Assembly (NCBI GenBank): GCA_964514465.1
Contig: CAZERQ010000004.1
Coordinates: 1 to 45,827, forward strand
DNA: 45,827 nucleotides
Source of the DNA: an uncultured Acidimicrobiales bacterium
Lineage (GTDB): Bacteria > Actinomycetota > Acidimicrobiia > Acidimicrobiales > Hopanoidiivorantaceae
Reading direction: 5' to 3'
In this document: one piece after another, positions 8,239-17,043 of the stretch
Layout: each line of letters opens with the position of its first letter
How positions within the stretch are numbered: the stretch's first letter is position 1
Made by a program: the position numbers and the translations under genes
The notes under the pieces: model-generated
What the model saw: the letters and a program-made list of their open reading frames with translations, nothing else
Databases searched by the model: none
What the model was told of the DNA's origin: nothing

Positions 8239-9504
8239 CTAGCGGCGCCGTTTCCTCCGCACCCGCTGGCTGGTCTTTTGCCTGTGCCGTCCTCTTTGCG
8301 CCAGCCGTTCTCGCTCCTCACGCTTTTCGCCCAAGTCGGCCACCTCGCTCCACAGCCGGTGGTATCGCTCAAGCCTGTCGGCGGCAATCTCCCCGCTGGC
8401 AACCGCCTCCAGTACGGCGCACTCAGGCTCCATGCGATGGGTGCAGTCCCGGAATTTGCAGCTCTGGGCCCGCTCGGAAATATCTGAAAACACCTCATCC
8501 AGGGCGACATCGGCAGCCCACAGCCCCACCGCTCGCAGACCTGGCGTGTCGATCAGCACGCCGCCTCGGGGCAACAGCAACAGATCACGCGCCACGGTGG
8601 TGTGCTGTCCCCTGCCAGATGCCAAGGTTCCAGCCGTCGATTTGGATTCACCAGCCACCCCGGATTCGTCGGCCACCTCTGATTCACCGGCCACCTCGGG
8701 AACGAAGCCAGTGGCCGCGGCAAACTCCGAGCCGCCCTGCCGCAACAACAACGCCCGAGCCAAGCTGGACTTGCCCACCCCCGATGCCCCGATGAACACC
8801 AGCGTCTGTCCGGCTCCCGTCTGCCCGGCTCCAACTTGTGCCTCAAGCAGATCCAACCCTCTGGTCTTGCCCAGCCCGCAGGTCGCCACCACTTCCACCT
8901 CGGGCGCCAGATCCGACACCTGTCCCTTCAGCTGCGCCAACCTCTTGCGGGAGTTCTTGCCTGCAACCAGATCGACCTTGTTCAGCACGACCAGCGGACG
9001 GGCGCCGCTGTTGACCGCCACCACCAGCAGTCGCTCAAGCTGCGCCGGCACCAGTTTGCGATCCAGTCCTAGCACCACCCCAACCACATCCACGTTTGAG
9101 ACGATCGACTGCTCCGCGGTGCCGCCCGCCGGATCGCGCCGCACCAGCTCGGTGCGGCGGGGCAGGATGCTGTCTATCACCCAGCCGACCCCGGACTCCT
9201 GGCTCACCAGCACCCAGTCGCCGGTCACCGGGGCCGTGGCGTCCTGGGAAATCTCCGAGCTGGACTTTGCGCCCAAGCTGCCCCGCTGCGTGAACACCAC
9301 GCAAGCGCCCCTGTCCACCCTGCCGATTCGCCCCGGCAAGCTGTCTCGCAATTGGGCGTTATCGTGCGCCACGGCTTGGGCTGCTTGCGCAAAATGGTCG
9401 TCCCAGCCCATCAACGCCAGCAGATTGTCGGGTGGGTTGTCGTGCAGCGGGCTTGTGCGGTTTTCGCTAGGCAGGCCCGTGCGGTTTTCGTGCGGTAAAC
9501 TCAT
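8239..9504 (-). CDS. rsgA: Ribosome small-subunit-dependent GTPase A
   Basis: Circularly permuted GTPase order: G4 VLNKVDL, G1 GASGVGKSSL, G3 LIDTPG, then the Zn-finger CKFRDCTHRMEPECAV. The start is uncertain. The ATG at 9411 (MGWDDHF) would leave a more plausible 116-bp divergent intergenic region. Confidence 0.85.
   Translation of the reverse strand: MSLPHENRTGLPSENRTSPLHDNPPDNLLALMGWDDHFAQAAQAVAHDNAQLRDSLPGRIGRVDRGACVVFTQRGSLGAKSSSEISQDATAPVTGDWVLVSQESGVGWVIDSILPRRTELVRRDPAGGTAEQSIVSNVDVVGVVLGLDRKLVPAQLERLLVVAVNSGARPLVVLNKVDLVAGKNSRKRLAQLKGQVSDLAPEVEVVATCGLGKTRGLDLLEAQVGAGQTGAGQTLVFIGASGVGKSSLARALLLRQGGSEFAAATGFVPEVAGESEVADESGVAGESKSTAGTLASGRGQHTTVARDLLLLPRGGVLIDTPGLRAVGLWAADVALDEVFSDISERAQSCKFRDCTHRMEPECAVLEAVASGEIAADRLERYHRLWSEVADLGEKREERERLAQRGRHRQKTSQRVRRKRRR
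8645..8698. repeat. 18-bp tandem repeat x3, in-frame in rsgA
   Basis: GATTCACCAGCCACCCCG / GATTCGTCGGCCACCTCT / GATTCACCGGCCACCTCG encodes (E/G)(V/S)A(G/D)ES repeats. A separate 15-bp x2 repeat (GTCTG(T/C)CCGGCTCC(C/A), 8804-8833) encodes GAGQTGAGQT. Confidence 0.85.
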
Positions 9505-9527
9505 CTTTGAAGCCAGGTCAGTTTGCT

Positions 9528-11474
9528 ATGTCCATTTCCGAAAGCGATAACTCTAAGATTAGCCGCGCCGACGGCGGCACTGGCAATGCTGCTGGCAACA
9601 CTACCGGCGGCATCGCTGCCGACACAACTGGCGGCACTACCGCCCACACCACTGGCGGCCAAACTGCCCGGCACAGCGGGGCGTGGCTGGCCCGGGCCAT
9701 AGCCGGACTGCTGGGCGCCGGCGCGGGGCTGACGGTTGGCGAAGTCGCCTCGGCTGCCTCGACCAGCATTCCGTCCCTGGTGATAGCGGTCAGCGATTCG
9801 GTCATCGACAGCACCTGGGTGCCATTCTGGTTGCGCCGCTGGAGCATCGACCAGCTCGGTTCGGCGCAGAAACCGGCATTGGTGGCGGGTGTGGTTTGCG
9901 TTACACTTTTGGTGGGGGCGATTGTGGGTGTGCTGGCTGGACGATGGCGCAATCAGACCGGGGGCCGGAGCGAGCAAACCGGGGACAGGCGCGCTCATGT
10001 CGGAAGCGGTAACTGGCGCGCTATGGCTGCGGTGGCACTGCCGGCAGCGGTATACATCGCTTTCGGCATCGTGGCCGGGCTGTCGTCCGCTCAAAATCCA
10101 ATGTCGTCTGATTTCTGGTCTGGCTTTGTGTCCGGACTGGCCGCGCTGGTGGCAGCCGCAGTTACCTACACGCTGCTGTGGGCCGTCCCCGATCCGCAGC
10201 GCATCACCGGCCAATCCATCGTCGTCCAGACAAATCTGAGGCTGCAGGAGCGGCGGCGCTTCATTGTGCTGGCGGGTGCATCGTCGGTGGCTTTCTTGCT
10301 GGCCAACGTGATCAGCCGTGCGGTGGCCCGACAGGTTGACGTGGAAACCTCGCGCATTGAAGTCGCCAGCCTGCTGGAGCGCGCCCGGGGCAGCGATGGC
10401 GCAGGTGGTGCGGGCGGCGGCACCGGCGGCTCTGCTTCAGATGCCACAACGTCCAACTCGGCCCCGACCACCAGCGCACCCGGGCAGGCATCGCAAGGCG
10501 GCTCGGCGGGTTCGTCGGGCTCAACGGGCTCGGGCTCGGCAAGCTCGGCCAACCTGCCGGCCAACCTTGACGACATCGCCGGCATCTCCCCGCTGATCAC
10601 CCCCAACTCCGATTTCTACCGCATCGACACAGCACTCATCGTGCCTCGTCTGACAGCCGACTCATGGAACATGACGGTCAGCGGCATGGTCGACAACCCA
10701 CTGGAGCTGAACTTTGAACAGCTGGTGATGTCGTATCCTCTGGTGAGCGAAACCGTGACTTTGTCGTGCGTGTCCAACCCGGTTGGCGGCGAGTTGGTGG
10801 GCAATGCTGTCTGGGAAGGGGTGCGTCTGTCGGACGTGCTGGAAGATGCGGGCGTCCAGCCGGGCGCCGACCAAATCTCGGGGCGGTCGGTGGACAACTG
10901 GGCCAGCGGCTTCCCCACCGAGCTGGCATTTGATGGACGGGTGGCCATGATAGCGGTGGCGATGAACGGCGAACCGCTGCCGGCCCGGCACGGCTTCCCA
11001 GCCCGTTTGGTGATCGCCGGGCTCTATGGCTATGTCTCGGCCACCAAATGGCTGCGCGACATCCACCTGACCACCTGGGAAGGTTTTGACAGCTATTGGG
11101 TGCCGCGGGGCTGGGCCAAGCGGGGGCCGATCAGAACCCAGTCGCGCATTGACGTTCCCCGGGGAAGCAATGCCGCTTTGCCGGCCGGCCAGCCGCTGGC
11201 AATTGCCGGTGTCGCCTGGGCGCCGCATCGCCGCATCAGCCAGGTGGAGGTGCGCATTGACGACCAGCCCTGGGCGCAGGCCGAACTCAGCCGGGAGTTG
11301 TCTACCAGCTCCTGGCGCCAGTGGGTCTATCGCTGGGACGAGCCGACCCCGGGCAACCACACCGTTGTGGTGCGCGCCACCGACGGCGATGGCGAAACAC
11401 AGACGCAAGTCCGCACGCCGCCCGCCCCCAGCGGCGCCACGGGTTGGCACACCAAAAGTTTCAGGGTGGCCTAG
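9528..11474 (+). CDS. Membrane-anchored molybdopterin-dependent oxidoreductase (sulfite-oxidase/YedY-like fold)
   Basis: Several hydrophobic helices in the N-terminal ~260 aa, then a Gly/Ser-rich linker. The Moco domain follows with TVTLSCVSNPVGG (Cys ligand context) and RHGFPARLVIAGLYGYVSATKWL, then an Ig-like C-terminal domain. First ATG at 9528; the track TTG at 9507 is less likely. Confidence 0.75.
   Translation: MSISESDNSKISRADGGTGNAAGNTTGGIAADTTGGTTAHTTGGQTARHSGAWLARAIAGLLGAGAGLTVGEVASAASTSIPSLVIAVSDSVIDSTWVPFWLRRWSIDQLGSAQKPALVAGVVCVTLLVGAIVGVLAGRWRNQTGGRSEQTGDRRAHVGSGNWRAMAAVALPAAVYIAFGIVAGLSSAQNPMSSDFWSGFVSGLAALVAAAVTYTLLWAVPDPQRITGQSIVVQTNLRLQERRRFIVLAGASSVAFLLANVISRAVARQVDVETSRIEVASLLERARGSDGAGGAGGGTGGSASDATTSNSAPTTSAPGQASQGGSAGSSGSTGSGSASSANLPANLDDIAGISPLITPNSDFYRIDTALIVPRLTADSWNMTVSGMVDNPLELNFEQLVMSYPLVSETVTLSCVSNPVGGELVGNAVWEGVRLSDVLEDAGVQPGADQISGRSVDNWASGFPTELAFDGRVAMIAVAMNGEPLPARHGFPARLVIAGLYGYVSATKWLRDIHLTTWEGFDSYWVPRGWAKRGPIRTQSRIDVPRGSNAALPAGQPLAIAGVAWAPHRRISQVEVRIDDQPWAQAELSRELSTSSWRQWVYRWDEPTPGNHTVVVRATDGDGETQTQVRTPPAPSGATGWHTKSFRVA
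9597..9668. repeat. 24-bp tandem repeat x3, in-frame at the 5' end of the Mo-oxidoreductase gene
   Basis: AACACTACCGGCGGCATCGCTGCC / GACACAACTGGCGGCACTACCGCC / CACACCACTGGCGGCCAAACTGCC encodes NTTGGIAA/DTTGGTTA/HTTGGQTA. Confidence 0.8.
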
Positions 11475-12373
11475 CCGCGCCGTCTTTCGTTTACTTTGGA
11501 AGCTGTCCAGCGAGCCAGCGGCGTGGGCACGACATCCAAAAATGCCGACATCACCTTGTTGATCCCACCGGGCACACACAGCGGTGTGCGCTTGTCCAGT
11601 GCCTTGATGGAAATCTCCGCCACTTCGTCGGCCGACATCCAGGCCATATCCGGCAGGTCGGACACATGCGCCAGTCCATCGGATCGCTCGTGCAGCTCGG
11701 TGCGGGTCACGCCGGGCGCCACCGCGCAGACGTGCACTCCGCTGTCTTTCAACTCGCCATAGAGCCCCTGGCTGAAGCTGGTGACGAACGCCTTGGTCGC
11801 GCCATAGGTGGCCTCAAACGGCAACGGCAAAAATCCCGCGATGGACGAGACATTCAGCACTGCGCCATGCGAACGCTTGACCATCTCGGGTATGGCGGCG
11901 TGGGTCAGCTCCACCAGCGCCAACAGGTTGACACTGATCATCTGCTGCAGGTCGGACTGCTTCATGTCCGCGAACGGCGTGAAGTTCCAGATGCCGGCAT
12001 TGTTCACCAGCAGGTCGATTTGGCGGCCGGGTTTGGCCGCGCTGGAAGGGGTCGCGCCCGGGGAAGCCGCGCTTGACGGATCCGCGCCAGTCTTGAGTCG
12101 CTGTGCCACAGCTTTTCGCTGGGTGGCTTTGGACAGGTCGGCTGCCAGCACTTCGGTTTCAACTGCCTGCTCAGCTTCTAGCTCGGCGGCCAGTTTTTCC
12201 AGTCGCTGCTGATTGCGGGCGACCAGCACCAGATTCATCTGTCGCTGCGCCAGTTTGCGCGCCAGGCTCAAGCCAATGCCGCTGGAAGCTCCTGTGATCA
12301 GAGCCCATGCGCCTGGCGACACGACCTTTCGGTTGGGCTGCACATTTCGGTTCAGCAAATCGTCCATAGTCAT
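11471..12373 (-). CDS. Short-chain dehydrogenase/reductase (SDR)
   Basis: ALITGASSGIGLSLARKLA (TGxxxGxG), NNAG, and catalytic YGATKAF. Confidence 0.85.
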   Translation of the reverse strand: MTMDDLLNRNVQPNRKVVSPGAWALITGASSGIGLSLARKLAQRQMNLVLVARNQQRLEKLAAELEAEQAVETEVLAADLSKATQRKAVAQRLKTGADPSSAASPGATPSSAAKPGRQIDLLVNNAGIWNFTPFADMKQSDLQQMISVNLLALVELTHAAIPEMVKRSHGAVLNVSSIAGFLPLPFEATYGATKAFVTSFSQGLYGELKDSGVHVCAVAPGVTRTELHERSDGLAHVSDLPDMAWMSADEVAEISIKALDKRTPLCVPGGINKVMSAFLDVVPTPLARWTASKVNERRRG

Positions 12374-12421
12374 CTCCCTATGCTAGCTTGCAAACTTGAG
12401 TGGTGGTTAGCGGACCGGACT

Positions 12422-12500
12422 GCGGGCGGTGGGCGAACTTGGGCGGAGGTGGGCGAACCTGCGGGTGGCGGCCAAACTTGGGCGGAGATGGGTGAACTCG
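12422..12500. repeat. Imperfect ~20-bp x4 (~40-bp x2) tandem repeat, intergenic
   Basis: GCGGGCGGTGGGCGAACTTG / GGCGGAGGTGGGCGAACCT / GCGGGTGGCGGCCAAACTTG / GGCGGAGATGGGTGAACTCG, between the SDR start and the CBS-gene stop. Confidence 0.7.
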
Positions 12501-12509
12501 GCGCCTCCC

Positions 12510-13541
12510 CTACTTGTCGCTTTCGTCCTCTATCTCTCCGATCAGCGATTCCAAGATGTCCTCCAGCGTGATCAGTCCCACCACCGCGCCGCTTAGCGAC
12601 CGAACCAGCGCGATGTGCTGGCTGTCGCGCCTCATCTGAATGAGCACATTCTCCAGCAACTCGCCCAGCGCAACCGACGGCAGCGGCCGCAGCTTCCCCG
12701 CCGCCAGCGCCGACCCCCGCTCGCCCGGCAAAACGTCCAGCAGATCCTTGGCGTGCACAAAACTGGCGGCATCCTCAAGGCTGCGCTCAAACATCGGCAG
12801 GCGCGAATGCCCGCTCGACACCAACAGCTCCTCCAACTCGGCCACCGTCGAGTCCAGCCCCGCCGCCACCACTTGCTCGCGCGGCACCAGATGCCCGGCC
12901 ACGGTCTGCTCCCCGAAGTCCAGTGCCCCCGCCAAAAGTGCGTGCTCGATGTCGTCAATCACGCCCTGGCGCCGGGAGCGCTCCAGCATGCTGGCCAGCT
13001 CGGCCGGGGTGCGGGCGTCGTCCACATCGGTTGGCGGGCTGACACCCAGCGCACGCACTCCTCTGCCGCCAAGCCAGTTGATGAACGCGATGGCTGGACG
13101 GAAAGTCGCCACGAAAACCCGATGCGGCGGCGCCACCCACAATGTCATTTTGACCGGAATCGCCACGGCCGCATTCTTGGGCACCATCTCACCCAACAGC
13201 ATCTGCAGCATCACCATTATGCCCAGCGCGACAGCACCTGCAACCCCGTGGGTCACTGCCAGGCCCAGGCCCGAGAATGTGTCTTGCAGAATTTTTGCGA
13301 TGGCCGATTCGGAGATGTAGCCCAGCGCCAGCGAGGTCACGGTGATGCCGAACTGCGCACCCGCCAGATACAGCCCCAGGTCGCTGGTTACCCGCAAAGC
13401 TATGCGCGCCCGGCGGTTGCCGTCGGCTGCCAGCTGCTCCAGCGGCGAGCGCGGTGTGGCCACCAGCGAGAATTCCACCGCCACGAAAAAGCTGTTCGCG
13501 GCAATGAACACCGCGGCAAGGATGAGCTGCAGTGTGGTCAT
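12510..13541 (-). CDS. DUF21/CNNM transmembrane domain plus CBS-pair protein (hemolysin-family, no CorC_HlyC tail)
   Basis: N-terminal multi-helix DUF21-like region (AVEFSLV..., GEMVPKN) followed by two CBS-like segments. Lies 4 nt downstream of a longer paralog. Confidence 0.8.
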   Translation of the reverse strand: MTTLQLILAAVFIAANSFFVAVEFSLVATPRSPLEQLAADGNRRARIALRVTSDLGLYLAGAQFGITVTSLALGYISESAIAKILQDTFSGLGLAVTHGVAGAVALGIMVMLQMLLGEMVPKNAAVAIPVKMTLWVAPPHRVFVATFRPAIAFINWLGGRGVRALGVSPPTDVDDARTPAELASMLERSRRQGVIDDIEHALLAGALDFGEQTVAGHLVPREQVVAAGLDSTVAELEELLVSSGHSRLPMFERSLEDAASFVHAKDLLDVLPGERGSALAAGKLRPLPSVALGELLENVLIQMRRDSQHIALVRSLSGAVVGLITLEDILESLIGEIEDESDK

Positions 13542-13545
13542 GGTT

Positions 13546-14850
13546 TCAGGTGCCTCGCCATGGTTTGCGGTATCTCAGCCAGGCGATGCGGTGGCCGTCC
13601 ATCTCCACGATCTCCCAGCGCCAGCCGCCGATGAACACGATCTCGCCCGCTGAGGGGATGCGCCCCAGTTCGGCGATCACAAATCCGGCGATGGTCTCAT
13701 AGTTCCCCTCGGGCATCTCAAAGCCGGTCTCGCGCAGCACCTCGTCTGCCCGCAGCATCCCCGAAATCACGTTTGGCGCGCCGACCGCTTGGCTGGGCTG
13801 GGACTCCTCGTCATATTCGTCCACGATCTCGCCCACCAGCTTCTCCACGATGTTCTCAAAGGTAACGATGCCGGCCATGCCTCCGTGCTCGTCCAGCACC
13901 ACTGCCATCTGGAAATGGCGCTTGCGCATCTCACCCAGCAGCGACTGCAGCGCAACGGTGGGCGGCACCGCAAAGGCCTCCGAGCAGAACTGCGCCACGG
14001 GCCGGCTGGTGCGCTGGTCGGGCGGAACCTCAAACACTGATTTGACGTGCACCAGTCCGACTATCTGATCCAGGTTGGGCGCGCCTTCGCTGTCGTCCAC
14101 CACAGGGAAGCGCGAGAAGCCGGTGCGCCCGGACAGCTCAGCCAGCTCGGCGGCAGTGGCCGAACGCCCGACCGCGACCACTTCGGTGCGGGGCACGAAC
14201 ACGTCGGCTGCGGTCTTGGTGCCGAAGCGCAGCGAAGCGGTCAGCAGCTCCACGTCTGGTGGGTCGAGCGTGCCACCCGCGCCCGACGACCTGACCACAT
14301 ATTCCAAGTCCTGAAGCGACACTTCGGCGTCGTGGAAGGTGGACGGCGACAGCCCGAACAGCTTGACGATTTGTTCGGCGATCTTGTTTAGCAGCGCGGT
14401 GATGGGGCCGACCACCAGCGAGAATATGCGCACCGCCGGGCTGAGCGCCGAGGCTGTGCCGACTGGCCGCCCGATGGCGTATAGCTTTGGGATCTGCTCG
14501 CCGAACACCAGATGGACAGTGGTGGCAACTGCCAGGGACAAGCCGATGGCCACGCCGTGCGACGAGCCTTCGCCCAGCAACGGTTCGATGACAGGTTCGA
14601 TGAGGCGCGCCAGGATGGGTTCGATGACGAAGCCGAGCAGCAATGCCGAGAGGGTGATGCCGAACTGCGCGGTGGAGAGGTAGAACGTGAGCCTGTCCAG
14701 CTGGTCGCCGATGAGTCGGGCGCGGCGCGGGCGGCGCAGGGTCTCCAGGTGCGAGCGATCCAGCGACAGCAGCGAGAACTCGGACGCCACGAAAAATGCG
14801 TTGGCTGCCACCAGCGCCAGGGCAATGAAAAAACCGGCTATCGGGTTCAT
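13546..14850 (-). CDS. DUF21/CNNM-CBS-CorC_HlyC family protein (putative divalent-cation efflux/hemolysin family)
   Basis: FFVASEFSLLSLDRS and GEQIPKLYA (DUF21), a CBS pair, and a C-terminal transporter-associated domain (ETIAGFVIAELGRIPSAGEIV...WEIVEMDGHRI). Confidence 0.85.
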   Translation of the reverse strand: MNPIAGFFIALALVAANAFFVASEFSLLSLDRSHLETLRRPRRARLIGDQLDRLTFYLSTAQFGITLSALLLGFVIEPILARLIEPVIEPLLGEGSSHGVAIGLSLAVATTVHLVFGEQIPKLYAIGRPVGTASALSPAVRIFSLVVGPITALLNKIAEQIVKLFGLSPSTFHDAEVSLQDLEYVVRSSGAGGTLDPPDVELLTASLRFGTKTAADVFVPRTEVVAVGRSATAAELAELSGRTGFSRFPVVDDSEGAPNLDQIVGLVHVKSVFEVPPDQRTSRPVAQFCSEAFAVPPTVALQSLLGEMRKRHFQMAVVLDEHGGMAGIVTFENIVEKLVGEIVDEYDEESQPSQAVGAPNVISGMLRADEVLRETGFEMPEGNYETIAGFVIAELGRIPSAGEIVFIGGWRWEIVEMDGHRIAWLRYRKPWRGT

Positions 14851-14858
14851 GGCTTGGC

Positions 14859-14958
14859 GGGTGCCTCGGGGTTGACGGGTGCCTCGGGGTTGGCGGGCGT
14901 CACGGGGTTGACGGGCGTCACGGGGTTGGCGGGTGCCTCGGGGTTGCTCGCGGGGTTG
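14859..14958. repeat. 18-bp tandem repeat, 5.5 copies, intergenic
   Basis: GGGTGCCTCGGGGTTGAC / GGGTGCCTCGGGGTTGGC / GGGCGTCACGGGGTTGAC / GGGCGTCACGGGGTTGGC / GGGTGCCTCGGGGTTGCT / CGCGGGGTTG. It starts 9 nt upstream of the DUF21-CBS gene ATG (14850). Confidence 0.9.
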
Positions 14959-15108
14959 TGAAACACAGGATTGCGCAAAAGCACGTTAAAATGGATGAGT
15001 TGCCGCCCTCAGTAAATCAAAGCAAGAATTCGCCTGGTAAGAAATTGCCTAGTTTCAGTCTAGCCGGGTCTGTCTGTCTAGCCGTGCCTGAATTCATCGG
15101 GAGTTTTT

Positions 15109-17043
15109 GTGTCCGCTAGCCCCGAAGTCGCCACCGGGCCTGAAGTCGCCATACACCCCGACCCGTCGCTCGGCTGGCTCAAGCGGCTCTGGCCTTTGGT
15201 CATGGCGCACAAGCCGCTGGTGTGGATCGGCGTGGTCGGCGGCGTGGTCGGTCTGGGCACCCAAGTGGGCGTCCCGCTGGCAGCGCGCCAAGCCATAGAC
15301 GTGGCCGCAACCTCGGGATCTGTGGCCGTGTGGATTTGGCTGTTGGTCGGTCTCGGGCTGGCCCGCATCGGCTTTTCCATCGCCTATCGTTATAGCCTGT
15401 TCAAGCTGGCGTTCTGCATCGACAGCCACCTGCGCATGCTGATCTACAGCCACCTGGGCTGTCTGTCATTCTCATATTACGACCACACCCAGTCGGGCGA
15501 CGTCATCTCGCGCGCCAACAGCGACATCCGCTCCATCCAGATATTCTTTTCGTTCGCCCCGATTGCGGTGATTGCCATCTTGTCGTTCGTGTTCTCCTTT
15601 GCGGCCATGCTGGTCATCCACATCCCGCTGGCGCTGGTGGCCATGAGCACGCTGCCGTGGGTGCATTATTTCGGGATGCGATTCAGGCGCACGGTGTTCC
15701 CGCTGTCGTGGATCACCCAGGCGCGCATGGCCGAGGTGGCCGCCATCGTGGACGAGAACATCAGCGGCACCCGCGTGGTGAAATCCTTTGCCGCCGAAAA
15801 GCAGCAGATCCTCACGTTGTCGCGCTCCGCGCAGCGGCTGCAGTGGGCGGCCACCGCCACGGTCGAGGCCCGGGCCCGCTTCAACCCGCTGATTGAGGCG
15901 CTGCCCAGGATTTCCATGATGGCGATGCTGCTCTATGGCGGCTGGCTGGTGATCGAAGGACAGACCACGGTGGGCACGCTTTTTGCGTTCGTGGCCTATG
16001 TTTTGATGCTGCAGATGCCGTTTCGGTTGGTGGGGTTTTTGCTGACGCAGGGGCAGCGGGCGGAGGCTTCGGCCAAGCGAATATATGAGGTGCTGGACAC
16101 CCGGGCGGACGTGGCGGAGGCAGACGATGCCGTGGAGTTGGGGGATTGTTCGGGGGAGGTTTGCTTTGAGGATGTCTGGTTCGCCTATCCCGAGGATCCC
16201 CGCAAGCGCGCGGGCGTGGGTGACGGGGGCGCGGACGACGGGGGCGACGAGGGCATGGACGGGAGCGCGGGCGCGCAAGCACAAAATGTTCTGCGGGGCT
16301 TCAACCTGCATATCCAACCCGGCGAGACCGTTGCCCTGGTGGGCGCCACGGGATGTGGAAAGTCCACCGTCGCCCGGCTGCTGGCCAGGTTCTACGACAC
16401 CGACCGCGGAGCCGTCAAACTCGACGGCCATGACGTGCGGGATCTGCAGATCGCCAGTCTGCGGCAACACACCGGCATTGTTTTTGACGAGCCATTTCTG
16501 TTCTCCGAGTCGCTGGCCGACAACATCGCCTATGGGCTCCCCGACTCCGAGCTCGCGCAAATTCAGTCTGCCGCCAGAGCCGCCCAAGCCCACGACTTCA
16601 TCCAGGCATTGCCCAACCAATATGACACCGTGGTGGGCGAGCGGGGCTATACCCTGTCGGGCGGGCAGCGTCAGCGGGTGGCGTTGGCGAGGACCCTGCT
16701 GGAGCAGCCCGGGATTTTGGTGTTGGACGACGCCACCAGCGCGGTGGATGTCCACGTGGAGGCCCAGATCCACACCGCCCTGAAACAGCAGATGAGCCAG
16801 CGAACCACCATTTTGATTTCGCACCGGCTGTCCACCATTGCGCTGGCCGACCGGGTTGTGCTGATGCGCGACGGGCGGGTGCTGGCCGAGGGAACGCATC
16901 AGGAGCTGTTGGATACCAACCCGTATTACAGCCAAGTGCTGACCAACACCGCGGCGGAGCGCGCGGAGGGTGAGGCGGCTGGCGCGGGAGCGGGGGCGGC
17001 AAACGCGGAGGGTGAGGATGTGCGCGCGGAGGTGGTGAGCTGA
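15109..17043 (+). CDS. ABC exporter, fused permease/ATPase (half-transporter 1 of a heterodimer)
   Basis: Six-helix TMD, then an NBD with Walker A GATGCGKST, signature LSGGQRQRVALARTLL and Walker B ILVLDDATSAVD. GTG start is preceded by gGGAGtttttGTG. The stop overlaps the start of the next half-transporter (17043). Confidence 0.88.
   Translation: MSASPEVATGPEVAIHPDPSLGWLKRLWPLVMAHKPLVWIGVVGGVVGLGTQVGVPLAARQAIDVAATSGSVAVWIWLLVGLGLARIGFSIAYRYSLFKLAFCIDSHLRMLIYSHLGCLSFSYYDHTQSGDVISRANSDIRSIQIFFSFAPIAVIAILSFVFSFAAMLVIHIPLALVAMSTLPWVHYFGMRFRRTVFPLSWITQARMAEVAAIVDENISGTRVVKSFAAEKQQILTLSRSAQRLQWAATATVEARARFNPLIEALPRISMMAMLLYGGWLVIEGQTTVGTLFAFVAYVLMLQMPFRLVGFLLTQGQRAEASAKRIYEVLDTRADVAEADDAVELGDCSGEVCFEDVWFAYPEDPRKRAGVGDGGADDGGDEGMDGSAGAQAQNVLRGFNLHIQPGETVALVGATGCGKSTVARLLARFYDTDRGAVKLDGHDVRDLQIASLRQHTGIVFDEPFLFSESLADNIAYGLPDSELAQIQSAARAAQAHDFIQALPNQYDTVVGERGYTLSGGQRQRVALARTLLEQPGILVLDDATSAVDVHVEAQIHTALKQQMSQRTTILISHRLSTIALADRVVLMRDGRVLAEGTHQELLDTNPYYSQVLTNTAAERAEGEAAGAGAGAANAEGEDVRAEVVS

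Noticed and set aside
10662-11579. 305-aa minus-strand ORF opposite the Mo-oxidoreductase gene; also 9501-10214 (237 aa)
   Set aside because: Antisense artefacts. The plus-strand frame carries the Moco-domain motifs and the membrane helices.
12615-13634. 339-aa plus-strand ORF opposite the CBS-domain gene (and the 226-aa ORF at 12640-13320)
   Set aside because: Antisense to the DUF21-CBS gene, with an Arg/His/Gln-rich nonsense composition.
14859-14958. Checked whether the tandem repeats could be a CRISPR array
   Set aside because: The units are directly abutting 18-mers with no spacers, and no cas genes are in the window.
15472-16935. 487-aa minus-strand ORF opposite the first ABC exporter gene
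   Set aside because: Antisense to a gene with Walker A/B and the ABC signature, and it has no motifs of its own.
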